From positions 62,001-126,000 of the forward strand of contig OZ025669.1 in the NCBI GenBank assembly GCA_964019335.1: 64,000 nt of DNA. The letters are read 5' to 3'. Origin of the DNA: Diplonema japonicum (lineage: Eukaryota; Protista; Euglenozoa: Diplonemea). Below are positions 26,302 through 36,564 of the stretch, piece after piece. Made by a program: the position numbers and the translations under genes. Below the pieces are notes generated by a model. It saw nothing but the letters and a program-made list of their open reading frames with translations, was not told where the DNA came from and searched no databases. Numbering within the stretch: position 1 is the first letter of the stretch; the number at the start of each line of letters is the position of its first letter.

Positions 26302-26495
26302 GTCACCTAAATCTGCTGTCTAAATACAATGCATAGCAAAACAAGAAAGCAGCAAAAAGAAATACAGTTATGAGGTTAGAAAACTTGCCTAGGGACCTTT
26401 AGAGGCACCTTACCGTGCGTATGAAAGCAATGCATACAGAACGCAGGCACATCCAGGAGTACCATTTTGTGACATTGTGTCCATGCTCATTGCTA

Positions 26496-27425
26496 TCACA
26501 GCCTCTCGTACATGGTGTCTTCCCACCCGTTCCACAGCGGGAAGAGGTCGCCCTGTTTGTATGCAAGCAAGAGTGTAGGTAGGACGGTAAAAGGCACTAC
26601 GTACAGGAGTGCGGGCTGGCTGTGCCGCGTGATGTCCAACATGAAGTTGCACATCAGCTGTGCAATGGGATTACAATTTGCTTTCAACATACCATCCCAA
26701 GCCCGAACCCAATGATCGCCAACACTGTCAGTTCCTTGTTACGCCTGGCATGGCAGGCTTCGTAGCGGTACAGTGTCGAGACCACCAGCCCAGGGATGAT
26801 TACATCACCTGCTCCTAGTAGTGCATGGTTTCCAAGCCCAATTGGGAATCTGTAATTCACTTTCAGAATATTGTTTCACATACATCAAGGTGCCAGGGGC
26901 GTTAAGGTGCCCCCTGTGCGCAGTAGCCACCGAGACCATCACACCCTCTCCGAAAATCTGCTTTGAATAAAACACCCAGAACACGTCATACAACACCAGC
27001 CCTGCGAGCAACAAGGAGTATACTTTTGCCGAGGGTACCCTAATGACGCAGAAGGAAGTGACAATGATCGATACAGTGATTATATCGTGCACAATCCACA
27101 TGCCTGTGATGAGCCACAGGCCTACAATGACGCAGGCCAAAGTAGTGGTCATGAATGTGTTGCGGAACTTTGGCTTCAAAACAAAGGGGATGCACATCAC
27201 CCCGAACACACAGTACCCCAAGATGATGGCCCAGAACAGTTCACCCACGAAGTATGCGCAAAGCAACGCCGCAGACGCCCCCAGCGGTGCCAGGATGGCG
27301 GTATCCCTCTCGATGGTCACATTCTCCACCTCCTCCACCTCCTCTATGCTTTCCGACAACCGCCAGCACCCCAACCCCAAAGTCCCACATGACCCCAACA
27401 TCATGCCCATGTTGACAAACGGCAT
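26496..27425 (-). CDS. Signal peptide peptidase family (A22B) aspartyl protease; introns 26850-26883 and 26658-26692
   Basis: LYDVFWVF; [11 protein letters not shown] appears only after splicing; QPALLY. Confidence 0.9.
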
Positions 27426-27593
27426 TGTAACCGTCACCTGAGGTGATTACTAATGGAAGGAACAGCAACAAGAATGCTAGAGGGGTGAACTAGAAAATGA
27501 GAAAAAATGAGAAGCGCAAATGAATGGAAGTACATCGCTGTGTAGAAGGCTAGGGATTGGAATAGTATGTTTTTTATTCTTTTTGCTTCTGTT

Positions 27594-28649
27594 TCATCGA
27601 GATTCCAGACGGCGTGCAGCCTCAATGTAACGCTGGTCGATACCACGTTTGCCGAGCATGGCAACTGGCACGGGGTGCATGGGCCGCCACTTTGGGGTCG
27701 CGGGGAGTGGCAGGGAAAGTCGGTCCAGTACACCTTCCATGATGCTGTCGCACGTCGCCCAGAGGCGGAGGTCACACTTTTTGTCGTCAGGAGTGGCCTG
27801 CAAGTTTATGATCACTGTCTTCTTCGCCATGAAAGGGAAGTGCGTGATGTGGCGAAGGCTCATCGAGGTGCCCATCACGATACACAGGTCAGCTCTCCCA
27901 CAGTGAGTGTCGGCCTCATTCCAGTCGATGTCGTCCAAGCACTCACCGAAGTTAATGTGCGTGTCTTTTGTCCCTACATTGACATCCTGCGTTCCCACCA
28001 GATGGCACCCCACGAAACCCTTCCCGTCAGCTCCCGTCTTGCTCCCAGACTTTTTCTTACCGGTGTATTCCTTAGGTGGAGCGCTCTTGCACTCCGGACA
28101 CACACCCACATGATGGTCGTGTACGTGTCTGCTTGCTCTGACATGGTAATTTCTCTCGAAGTCTGAGCCGCAACCAGTGCACCGCTCAACGTAGATGTCG
28201 CCGTGCAGGCAGCACAGCTCATCATGCTGCTTCAGGCCTGCCTTGCGAAACAGGCCATCGAGGTTCGTAGTCACTACATAGTGCCCCACTCCAGCTTTAA
28301 TGAGCCCTGCCATAGCCATGTGGCAGAAGGTGGGCATCGCATCGAGGGACCCCACTTTCTTAGTGGCTTTTGCCTTTTCCTGCTCTTGCTCTTTCAGCAG
28401 TTTCTTCAGCTCTTCTTTATCTTCTTTTTTGCTTGACTCCCTGAGAGCAACTATTTTCCGCTTGGTCCATGACCCGCTCGGGCCCCTGTAATCGCTCACA
28501 CCAGCACTTGTTGACACTCCCGCACCTGTGTAGAATACAGTATACTTGCTCTCCGACATCATCTTCACAAGCTCGTCAAGCTTTCTGTTGAGCTCCTCTT
28601 CATTGTCGTAATACTCCTTCACCCTCTTCGAGTCGACTGTTGAAGCCAT
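27594..28649 (-). CDS. Sirtuin (Sir2 family, SIRT6/7-like)
   Basis: YTGAGVSTSAGVSDYRGPSG, TTNLDGL, LHG, CTGC..CPEC, GTS, INLQATPDD. Confidence 0.92.
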   Translation of the reverse strand: MASTVDSKRVKEYYDNEEELNRKLDELVKMMSESKYTVFYTGAGVSTSAGVSDYRGPSGSWTKRKIVALRESSKKEDKEELKKLLKEQEQEKAKATKKVGSLDAMPTFCHMAMAGLIKAGVGHYVVTTNLDGLFRKAGLKQHDELCCLHGDIYVERCTGCGSDFERNYHVRASRHVHDHHVGVCPECKSAPPKEYTGKKKSGSKTGADGKGFVGCHLVGTQDVNVGTKDTHINFGECLDDIDWNEADTHCGRADLCIVMGTSMSLRHITHFPFMAKKTVIINLQATPDDKKCDLRLWATCDSIMEGVLDRLSLPLPATPKWRPMHPVPVAMLGKRGIDQRYIEAARRLESR

Positions 28650-28711
28650 GTTTTTGTGTTTAAGCTTTTGTGATGTGGTTAAGGAGTAAGGAGGAAAGAC
28701 TCTACTGCAAC

Positions 28712-29125
28712 TCAGGCAGAAGAAACAGAAACCTCGGGGAAGGCCGTTTTTGCCTTCTCGAGGAGGGTGGCGTGAAGGGCTGCTGTCTCGGCCATGTGAA
28801 TGAACTCAACAGTGATTGCGCAAAGCTCTTGGTTGTTCTCAGCAATGGCCGTGTCGATGCAAGCAACTACACTCTCCTTCACTCTCTCGTCGTTAGCAAT
28901 AACAGCTCGCTTCTCACTATCCACCTTCACCAGCGCCCACAGCGCGTGCATCGCGTGGGTCATATTCTTCGCTTCTTGGTTCTCATCCATCAATTCCACC
29001 ACCTTCTCGTAGTCCAGATCCAGCATGGCAGAGTAGTAAGGGTCACCAGCACCCACCTTGAAACTCCTACTGCTCACAAGCCCCAAACACCTCCTGCGGA
29101 ATCCACCAAGGGCTGGGCGAAGCAT
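28712..29125 (-). CDS. Small hypothetical protein, possible mitochondrial presequence
   Basis: 137-aa ORF fits the array with 57-62 nt spacers; N-terminus MLRPALGGFRRR. Confidence 0.65.
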   Translation of the reverse strand: MLRPALGGFRRRCLGLVSSRSFKVGAGDPYYSAMLDLDYEKVVELMDENQEAKNMTHAMHALWALVKVDSEKRAVIANDERVKESVVACIDTAIAENNQELCAITVEFIHMAETAALHATLLEKAKTAFPEVSVSSA

Positions 29126-29182
29126 AGTACCACCTGCTAGAATATATAGTGAGTACGAAAATGCACGTTTACAATACAGAAC

Positions 29183-31687
29183 TCAAATACAGTCAATCTC
29201 GGCACGAGTGGGAGGTACGAAAGGTGGGAGGACACACAGGTACCACTCGAAGAACAAGTCCTTCAAAAAGGTCTTTTCTGCGGTGACGGCTAAGAGCTGG
29301 GACAGGTTGTTGGCAGCAGCAGCAGGGTGCATGAGGATGGTGGTAAGCTGCTTGAAGAAGTGAGTCTTCCAATACGTTTCGATAGTCAGAATGGGAACCT
29401 CCTTGCCAGCGGTGGGCAGGGGGCCTAAGTTTTTGATTCCGAGTGACCTGAGAATGGTGGCAACCTCGTTCGCAGGGACCTTCTCCCTTCCACTGCATGC
29501 GACCTCAACACGGTCGTGAGAAGAGCTTGTGGGGTCGACACGCGGCTTGCTCACTGCAATGGCCATGTTCTTGTAGTCCACAACACTTTTGCGTAGCTCA
29601 GTGCAAGCTATATTCTGCTCGGTAATTGTTGTGTTCATCTCCCCGCATAACCTCTTCATCTCGTGCACTGCCTCAATGCAGTCCGTGTACGGCGCGTCTT
29701 GCGGAAGACCAGCGATGCCAGCAATCTGGCCCATGCTCACCTTCAGGACAGTGACTTCCGTCTGCAGTGCATTGATGCTAGGCTCCCCTTCCGACAGCAT
29801 GGCGTCCCTTGCTTGCAGCGCTTCTGTTTTTACGAGTAGTTGTCCTTTTTCCTCTAGTAACTCTTGGATGACCTTTATCACCTCCTTACTATGGCACCCC
29901 AGCTCGTTCAATTGTTCCTCCCGAAACTCTTCCTGTTGCCGCAAACACAGCAGCTGTGCACGCAACTCTCTCGTCTCGGTCTCGTCAGGGAACTCGCCAT
30001 CCGTATTACAAGCAGCGTCCACCACGTCTGCTTCACTCTCCAACACAGGCACTGCAGGCACATCACATGGAGTGATGGGAGGCGTTGGTGGCTCTCGAGT
30101 CGGCTTGAGCTGTTTCTCTCTCTCCTTTACCACAGTACGCAACATGGCGCACTTCTCGGACTCCGTCTGCAATCCCAGCTTCGCTTCTTTTAACTGCTTC
30201 GTGAGCTTCCCCATATTTACCTTCGCAGCACTAGACCTTGCTAAAGCCGTATCTCTCTCTTTCTCCAGACCGTTCATTGACTCCTTTAGAGTATTGGTCA
30301 TCTGTGACGCCTCCTTTTGTGCTTTTTGCAGCCGCTTCCTGTCGTGCACCAGATGCTTTATCTGCTGCAAACACGCATCGAACGATGTGCTGCTCTTTGT
30401 GTTCAGTGCGTAGCACAGCCTCTCTAGGAGCGTCGTATTCTTCGACATTTCGTCCTTCAACTTGCGCGCCGTCTTTACCTCCACTACGGCACTGCTTACA
30501 GTCGCCTCTGTTGCTTCTCGGGTGTCTTTCCGAGCTACGTCCAGTCTCTTCCTAAGTGCCAGGTTCTCTTTGTGCAGCGCTTCCAGACGTTCGTCGGCGG
30601 ATATGTTCTCATGTATTATACCTTGCACACCAGCACACAGGTCAGGGATTGCGGTCGCATCCGGTCTTACTTCCTGCATGCTGGTTAGAATGCTTTCGAG
30701 ATTCTCTTTCTTTTCTTGCAGTTCCTCGTTAGCTCTGGTAAGCTTGTTTTGCAGCCGCCGCGCCTTTCCTTCCGCTGCTTCACGACGTTCGAATTCTTGC
30801 CTGACACGCTTCAAGTCGTCTGCCATTTCCCCTGTTGTGACCGTCTCTGACTGATGCTCGTCCTGCGTAATTGCATGCAAAACATCCTTCACACCCTTGT
30901 ACTCTGCCGCTAGTGTCTTGTATCTATCGTCAAGAGTGGCATACACCAAAAACCTATCTCTGATAAACGCACATGCCTCATTGAAAGAACAACCTTCTGT
31001 ATTGCTGATGCTTCCCACCACTTCTTCTTGCATTTTTACCTCCTCGGTCAAGCTATCTCTCTCTTGTTCAACGGCAAACAGCCTCTGCGACAGGTGGTTC
31101 AGTGTGTCCTGCAAGGAAGCGTATTGCTCTTGAATCTTTATTCTCGTTCTGCTCTCAAGCATTTCCTTGTTCTCAGCTTCTTGGCACGCGTGTTCAAGTG
31201 ATTTGGTTCGCTCAAGAAGGGTCCCCAAAGTATCAAGGATGCTGTCGTTGGGTCCTGCGTTCAGAAGGGACCTGATGGCTGTCTCGGTGTCCTCATACAC
31301 CACATTCTGCTCGTTCAGTGCTTGATGTCGTGCAACATGCTGCTCAAGTGACCGCACGAGGGCAGCATCTGCCGGGTTCCCCCCAAGCTGAGAGAAAAGC
31401 GCACCGCGTAGGATAGCATGCTTCTCGTCAGTCTCTGAAACCTGTTTCCTGCACAGTTCCACTTGGTTGGTCAGATCAGTGATCTCAACACTCAATGAAC
31501 CCACTTCCTCAAGCCGCAGGGCTACTTCTCCCTCGCGTTCAGACAGCATCAGCTTCAGACCTTCCATCTCCAGCCTGAGGTCCTGTATTTCAGTACTGCC
31601 CTCCATTCTTCCTGGCACCTTATTATTACCTGGCCTCAATGCGTCCCAACCAGGCCACGAGACTGGCAACTCATCTGACTCCTCCAT
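29183..31687 (-). CDS. Long coiled-coil protein
   Basis: Likely start MEESDELP (ATG 31687, preceded by CACAG|GTACAA); heptad-rich. Confidence 0.75.
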   Translation of the reverse strand: MEESDELPVSWPGWDALRPGNNKVPGRMEGSTEIQDLRLEMEGLKLMLSEREGEVALRLEEVGSLSVEITDLTNQVELCRKQVSETDEKHAILRGALFSQLGGNPADAALVRSLEQHVARHQALNEQNVVYEDTETAIRSLLNAGPNDSILDTLGTLLERTKSLEHACQEAENKEMLESRTRIKIQEQYASLQDTLNHLSQRLFAVEQERDSLTEEVKMQEEVVGSISNTEGCSFNEACAFIRDRFLVYATLDDRYKTLAAEYKGVKDVLHAITQDEHQSETVTTGEMADDLKRVRQEFERREAAEGKARRLQNKLTRANEELQEKKENLESILTSMQEVRPDATAIPDLCAGVQGIIHENISADERLEALHKENLALRKRLDVARKDTREATEATVSSAVVEVKTARKLKDEMSKNTTLLERLCYALNTKSSTSFDACLQQIKHLVHDRKRLQKAQKEASQMTNTLKESMNGLEKERDTALARSSAAKVNMGKLTKQLKEAKLGLQTESEKCAMLRTVVKEREKQLKPTREPPTPPITPCDVPAVPVLESEADVVDAACNTDGEFPDETETRELRAQLLCLRQQEEFREEQLNELGCHSKEVIKVIQELLEEKGQLLVKTEALQARDAMLSEGEPSINALQTEVTVLKVSMGQIAGIAGLPQDAPYTDCIEAVHEMKRLCGEMNTTITEQNIACTELRKSVVDYKNMAIAVSKPRVDPTSSSHDRVEVACSGREKVPANEVATILRSLGIKNLGPLPTAGKEVPILTIETYWKTHFFKQLTTILMHPAAAANNLSQLLAVTAEKTFLKDLFFEWYLCVLPPFVPPTRAEIDCI

Positions 31688-31733
31688 TTGTACCTGTGTG
31701 GTGTTGCCCTGAACTGCACGCATCAATAATAGC

Positions 31734-32245
31734 CTAGTCATCAGGCCCTTGCAGGATTTCCTGCTGCTTAGGCGGTTGTGATGGCTTTTGAGTAGGTGTT
31801 CCCATTTTGCGCTTTTTTTTGCGCTGTTTCTTTCTCTGAATCTCCGCATGTATTTCCAGTTCTGCGTGAGATTAAGCTGCAAAGGTGACATACCTGATCT
31901 CCTTGTCTGGTGTGTTGATGTCTGAAGTGAGGTCTTCATGTTTTCCTCGTCTGAGTCCTGTGTATCCTGTTTCCGCTTTGCTGTCTCTTTCACCACTTTC
32001 TTTGGGTTCAACTTCCTCTCCAGTCCACCAAGGGCATGTACGCCTCCTGTTTGTTTCTTAACTTCCGTAACTGAAAGATTTTCGGAACCCACGCCACCTC
32101 TGTCGGGTCTCACTGATGGGCCCGCAGAGAAGTCTCCATCGCTGGGGAGGTATGCCTTGTAGTTCACACCCAGCCACCCGCATACAGTCTTCAGCCCCTC
32201 ATCGCTTTGAATCAGGGTGCTCTCTTCTCGCTTCTTCCCAGGCAT
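31734..32245 (-). CDS. Small basic protein, one 32-nt intron (31862-31893)
   Basis: GTATGTC..CGCAG splicing gives ...RRSELEIHAEIQRKKQRKKKRKMG...GPDD* (TAG at 31734). Confidence 0.65.
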
Positions 32246-32372
32246 GGCCCTGTCTATAGTGTTGATAAGCGTAGGTTCTAATATATAGACGAAACAGCAA
32301 AGTGCACTTGGAAAAGGCCCGGGCTGTGATTGCTCTAGTCAAAGAGCACAGTACCTGGAAAGGCACGCTGCA

Positions 32373-33714
32373 TCACGCGGTGCAGCTGACGTGTGTCATG
32401 GAACTTATGAGCGGCAGGCGCAGGCTTCTAGGTGAGATGTTCAGTTCTTCAAGCTTCTCAAGGATCCTATCTGCTGTTTCAACGTTCTTTTTCATCACAG
32501 TCTCGGCGCGTACTGCTCAATGCTCCGCAGGTGTGGTGGCATACCTTTACTCGTCTCGCTGATCCTGTCCCTCGCCTCAGATAGCTTTTTCTCACGCTGC
32601 AAGCGCTTTTGTCTAACCTTAACCTGTAAAGGGTGGTGAATGTTGATAGCACACCTCATGGTCATCCTTCTGCTGCTGTCGTGCATTGTTCACTCGTTTC
32701 TCTCTCTGCGTCCTCTTCTTCTCCAAGTCCTTGATGGTGCGTATCTTGTTGATGAGGTCTTGATCAGCCTTCTGCTCCATTTTCATATGCTTCTCGTCAT
32801 GGTCCCTGGACTTCTGTCTGATTTCGTCACTTTTCTGCGCCTTAAAACTAGCAATGCGCTTCTCCCTCGTGTCAATGACACTCTGCAGCGCCTGCTGCCT
32901 GACACCTGCGTCTGTGATCACGTCACAGCGTCTGCTGACCTCCTTCCGTTGCTTCTCTGATGCCTCTGCCTTCGCTACCCTCTCGTTTTCGGCACGTTCT
33001 TTTCTTTCTTGCAGCTGCCGTTCCCTTTCTTGCAGTTCTGCCTCAAGCCTTTCTTCCTTCTCCAACTGTTGTTGTTCAATCCTCTCCAGCTTCCTCTCCC
33101 TGTCACTGTGTTGCTGTGTGCGTCCCTCGATGTTCTCTTTCCTGATCTCAGCCTTTTTAATTTCTATTTCTTCCAATCTTTTGAATCGTTTCAACGACAG
33201 TTCCTTCAGTCTGTGGGCCCTTCTCTTTTCCATCTCGCGCACTCGTTGGTCACCTGCGGTGCTGCCTTAAGCGAATCACATACTTGCTATTGTTCTTGTT
33301 GCATTCTTTTCACCCATCTCCGCTATCGCTTCCATCTTCTCGCGTCGCACCTCACGCAACAAGTCATCGCGCCGCTTATCATCTGCAGTGAAGTGGACAC
33401 GATATGCGGCATGTTTTCATACTTGCATGTATGCTGTTCAAAAGTTCAGTCTCTTTAATGCAGCGGGTATCTTCTTTTGCAATCATTTTCTGGTAACACT
33501 GTAGGTGGATATAACCAGGCAACACGTAGCATACCTTGTTGCCACTGCAGTTGCTAGATCGCCCATTCTCCAGCTGCGCTACAAGCGCCTGCAGGCCTGC
33601 TATGCTCTCCTCAGACTCTGAGGCCTCTTTCGCAATAGCCAACGCACGCTTGACGGCATTTAGCTGCGCTTGAAGCTCATAGTTGCGTACCACACGTGGA
33701 TTCGTATTAGGCAT
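32373..33714 (-). CDS. E/K/R/Q-rich coiled-coil protein, about 5 tiny introns
   Basis: ORFs 33379-33759, 32619-33242 and 32495-32686 join in frame via 30-40 nt GT(A/G)TG..CAG introns. Confidence 0.75.
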
Positions 33715-33773
33715 TTCTGTTTGATTCTTTACCTGTGATGCATATTGCGCAGCACGCAAGCGCTAGTAGCTAA

Positions 33774-35462
33774 TTACTTCATGATATCCGCCAACTCGTT
33801 GAACCTGCAGAGATGGAACAAGCAGAGAGCATACCATGAGGCATCTGTTTTTGGGACGGCCGGGTTCCCAACTGCCGGCTTCTGGGGGGCTTTTGGCCTA
33901 TTCTCTAACCTTCCTTTGGTCCTCAGGAGCGAAAGGAGCCGTGAGGTCTGACAAGCGTTACGTTCGCGCTCAAAGCTAGGTAGGGGCGGGGGCTTGGGCG
34001 CTTGCTTGTCGTTACATGCGTCAAGCAGCTGCTTGGCAGGCGACAGGGGGATGGCATCGAAGGGAATTCTTTGATACGTGCTCACCAAAGCAGCGGGTGC
34101 TGTAATTCTCTCGACAGGCTTCTTTGGCTTTTCATGCACATTCTGGAGCCGCCCCACGAGCATGCGCAGCTTAGACATACTGTCCTTGTCTGCTGTTGTC
34201 AACACAGGTGGGTCACGCAGCCGCATCCCCTTCAGGTCGCGTAGCAGTACTTCAACATCTTTGTTTTTAGCTTTTGCTTTTGGTTGCTCGGGAGGCGGCG
34301 GTGGGTTGTTGGTGGAGTAAACCACTTGCTCTTTCACCACCTGCTCCTTCACCACTTGTACCTGTTCCTTTACTGCCTGTTGGGTTATCGTATTTTCCTT
34401 TTTATCCCGTTTATACTGCACAGTTTGAACCTGCTCCGTAGCCCACCGCGAGGCTATTTCATAAGGGTGCACGTAAGGACACTTGTGGATTGTGCACGCA
34501 TCACCATGCCGGCAACTCACCAACTGATGGCTTTTCTTGCAGCTGATATCTCTGCACTCACCCATCTTGAACGCGTAGCACAGGCCGCTGTCTGTGTGGT
34601 TCTCGACAACCGCAGTCTTGCCGTCGATAAGGTTGTGGTAAGCCTTCTTCGTGGAACTTGACAGGGAAGAGTTGTGGATATTCTGGTGCAATTGCGGATA
34701 GTGAGCGAGGACGTCCCCCTCGCACAGTGCATGCAGCTTCGTTAGCAGTGCTTTATCAGGGGCGGGACTTCGGAGGGAGAGCAGCAGCGCGTGGTACGTC
34801 CCATCCCTGCCCTCAGGGTCATAGCCTACCTCGCGAGCCTCATGCATAGACTTCTTAATGAGATCTTCTTGGCCTTGGTATGCTGCATGTTCAACCACAG
34901 CTGTCCATACTGATAACGACATCGTCTTTTTAAACAGTGAAAATAGTTCGTCACTAGCTTCGGAAGAGTAACCAATCGCCTTGTACACCGACGGTAGTAG
35001 CTTGGGCCATCGTACCCTGTCGACTTCCTTGCTCTGCGTCAAAGCACTTACGTAGAACATGGCCCTCTTCACATCACCGTACTTAGCACATGTTACGCAA
35101 AGTAGCGACAGCGTGCGATGAGCCACGTAGTGCCTCTCGTAGTACAAGCAGAGGTCTTTGTAAGTAGACTTGTTAATGATGTTGAACCTCTGCATCAGCA
35201 CGCCCAGCTGTAGACACTGCAAGTCTGTGAATTTGATTCTGTCCTTGAAACAGTCCAGGAATTCATGAGGTGTCTGCGGGACCTCTTCCTTGTCCAGCCG
35301 CTCTATGGCCTTCACCACATCTTTTAGATCAGCAGCGCCACTTGTTCTTCTTGTTATTTCCTTCAAGCTATTGTACCCTACTTTCCTCCGTAAATCTTCC
35401 TCCTTTGCCGATTTCAACACGCTCTCGAACGCATGACACCACCTGCGACTGGTGCGCAACAT
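33774..35462 (-). CDS. Putative mitochondrial helical-repeat (PPR-like) protein with CCCH fingers
   Basis: MLRTSRRW presequence-like; CYAFKMGECRDISCKKSH, CRHGDACTIHKCPYVH; probable in-frame 30-nt intron near the 3' end. Confidence 0.6.
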   Translation of the reverse strand: MLRTSRRWCHAFESVLKSAKEEDLRRKVGYNSLKEITRRTSGAADLKDVVKAIERLDKEEVPQTPHEFLDCFKDRIKFTDLQCLQLGVLMQRFNIINKSTYKDLCLYYERHYVAHRTLSLLCVTCAKYGDVKRAMFYVSALTQSKEVDRVRWPKLLPSVYKAIGYSSEASDELFSLFKKTMSLSVWTAVVEHAAYQGQEDLIKKSMHEAREVGYDPEGRDGTYHALLLSLRSPAPDKALLTKLHALCEGDVLAHYPQLHQNIHNSSLSSSTKKAYHNLIDGKTAVVENHTDSGLCYAFKMGECRDISCKKSHQLVSCRHGDACTIHKCPYVHPYEIASRWATEQVQTVQYKRDKKENTITQQAVKEQVQVVKEQVVKEQVVYSTNNPPPPPEQPKAKAKNKDVEVLLRDLKGMRLRDPPVLTTADKDSMSKLRMLVGRLQNVHEKPKKPVERITAPAALVSTYQRIPFDAIPLSPAKQLLDACNDKQAPKPPPLPSFERERNACQTSRLLSLLRTKGRLENRPKAPQKPAVGNPAVPKTDASWYALCLFHLCRFNELADIMK

Positions 35463-35518
35463 TTTACATTACTTTGCTGTGTTGTGATGTGTCATGCATG
35501 CATGCAAATACTGATGAC

Positions 35519-36484
35519 CTACAGCCCCTCAGGCTTGGGGGTGCAGAATTCCCACGGGGGTGACCCATGTTGAGCAACTACACCCTTGAGTGAGGACAAC
35601 TCTGAGTCCATCTGCTTGTACCAATCTGCGTCGGTGAAAGATGGAATACTGCCGAAAACAGATACGGAAAAGTCAAGAAGGAAAAGCTTGAGCAGCACAC
35701 TCGGGATAGTGGCGAGGGTGTTCGCAGGCGCTGACTGAAGTGTCAGCAAGAGGAGGTCGTAACAGGGGTTCTGGTCGTCGCTGAGAGGGGGCTGAATGTA
35801 ACCGAAGTTGAGGGGCTTGAAGCCCATCTTGTGCAGGATGCGGTGCCTCACCTTCGGGTCCATGACAGCATCAAGGAGGGACTCTGAGTTCGTCTCTGCG
35901 AAGAGTAAGCCAAGAGAGGCGCTCACGTCGTGAGATATGAGGACGGCGTTGAGGGCGTCGATCTCCTCGTCTGTGCACAAGGCAACCACCTTCTCCAAGA
36001 GCTGTTTGTTTTTATCCGTCTTCTTCAATCTTGATATTCTTGAAATCCATTCTTCTTTGCTGTAGGAAGCCTTTGCCTCCCCTTCACACGTAATCTTCTG
36101 CGACGCCTGTTTGCTGACGTCCCACGCAGCGCCAATCAGCCATTTCCCGAGCCCGTGTTTTCGATACTCCTCCGCCACTGCAAAGTACGACATCAAGCAC
36201 GCGTTGCTCATCTTGTAATACTCAAAAACGACACCGCCGATGATCTTCCTCTCACCATCGCCCTCGCTCGGCTCATATACCACCACCACATGCAGGTTGA
36301 CAGGCATGTCCTCCATTGAACCCTCCACGCGCTCAGGGTCAAGCACCTCCTCCCACACCTCCAAGGGGTCCAGCTCGTCCTCAATTGGGAAGTTCACCTT
36401 CATGAAGGTATCGTAAAACCTCTTCAGCTCCTTACCATCGTATTGCTCCCGAAAATCGACCTTCGGGTACTTGTCAAAGTCCAT
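35519..36484 (-). CDS. GNAT-like acetyltransferase
   Basis: SYFAVAEEYRKHGLGKWL (motif A), LHKMGF. Confidence 0.75.
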   Translation of the reverse strand: MDFDKYPKVDFREQYDGKELKRFYDTFMKVNFPIEDELDPLEVWEEVLDPERVEGSMEDMPVNLHVVVVYEPSEGDGERKIIGGVVFEYYKMSNACLMSYFAVAEEYRKHGLGKWLIGAAWDVSKQASQKITCEGEAKASYSKEEWISRISRLKKTDKNKQLLEKVVALCTDEEIDALNAVLISHDVSASLGLLFAETNSESLLDAVMDPKVRHRILHKMGFKPLNFGYIQPPLSDDQNPCYDLLLLTLQSAPANTLATIPSVLLKLFLLDFSVSVFGSIPSFTDADWYKQMDSELSSLKGVVAQHGSPPWEFCTPKPEGL

Positions 36485-36564
36485 TGTGATACCTTTACTA
36501 TGGTTGGTAGATAGATCCAAAGGTCTGAAATGAAGCTAAACACTGCAGGTTGGAAAACCTGTGA

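Noticed and set aside
15660-28649. Functional NAD/nucleoside operon (ART, nucleoside hydrolase, sirtuin)
   Set aside because: Interspersed with unrelated genes; euglenozoan-type polycistrons are generally not functionally clustered.
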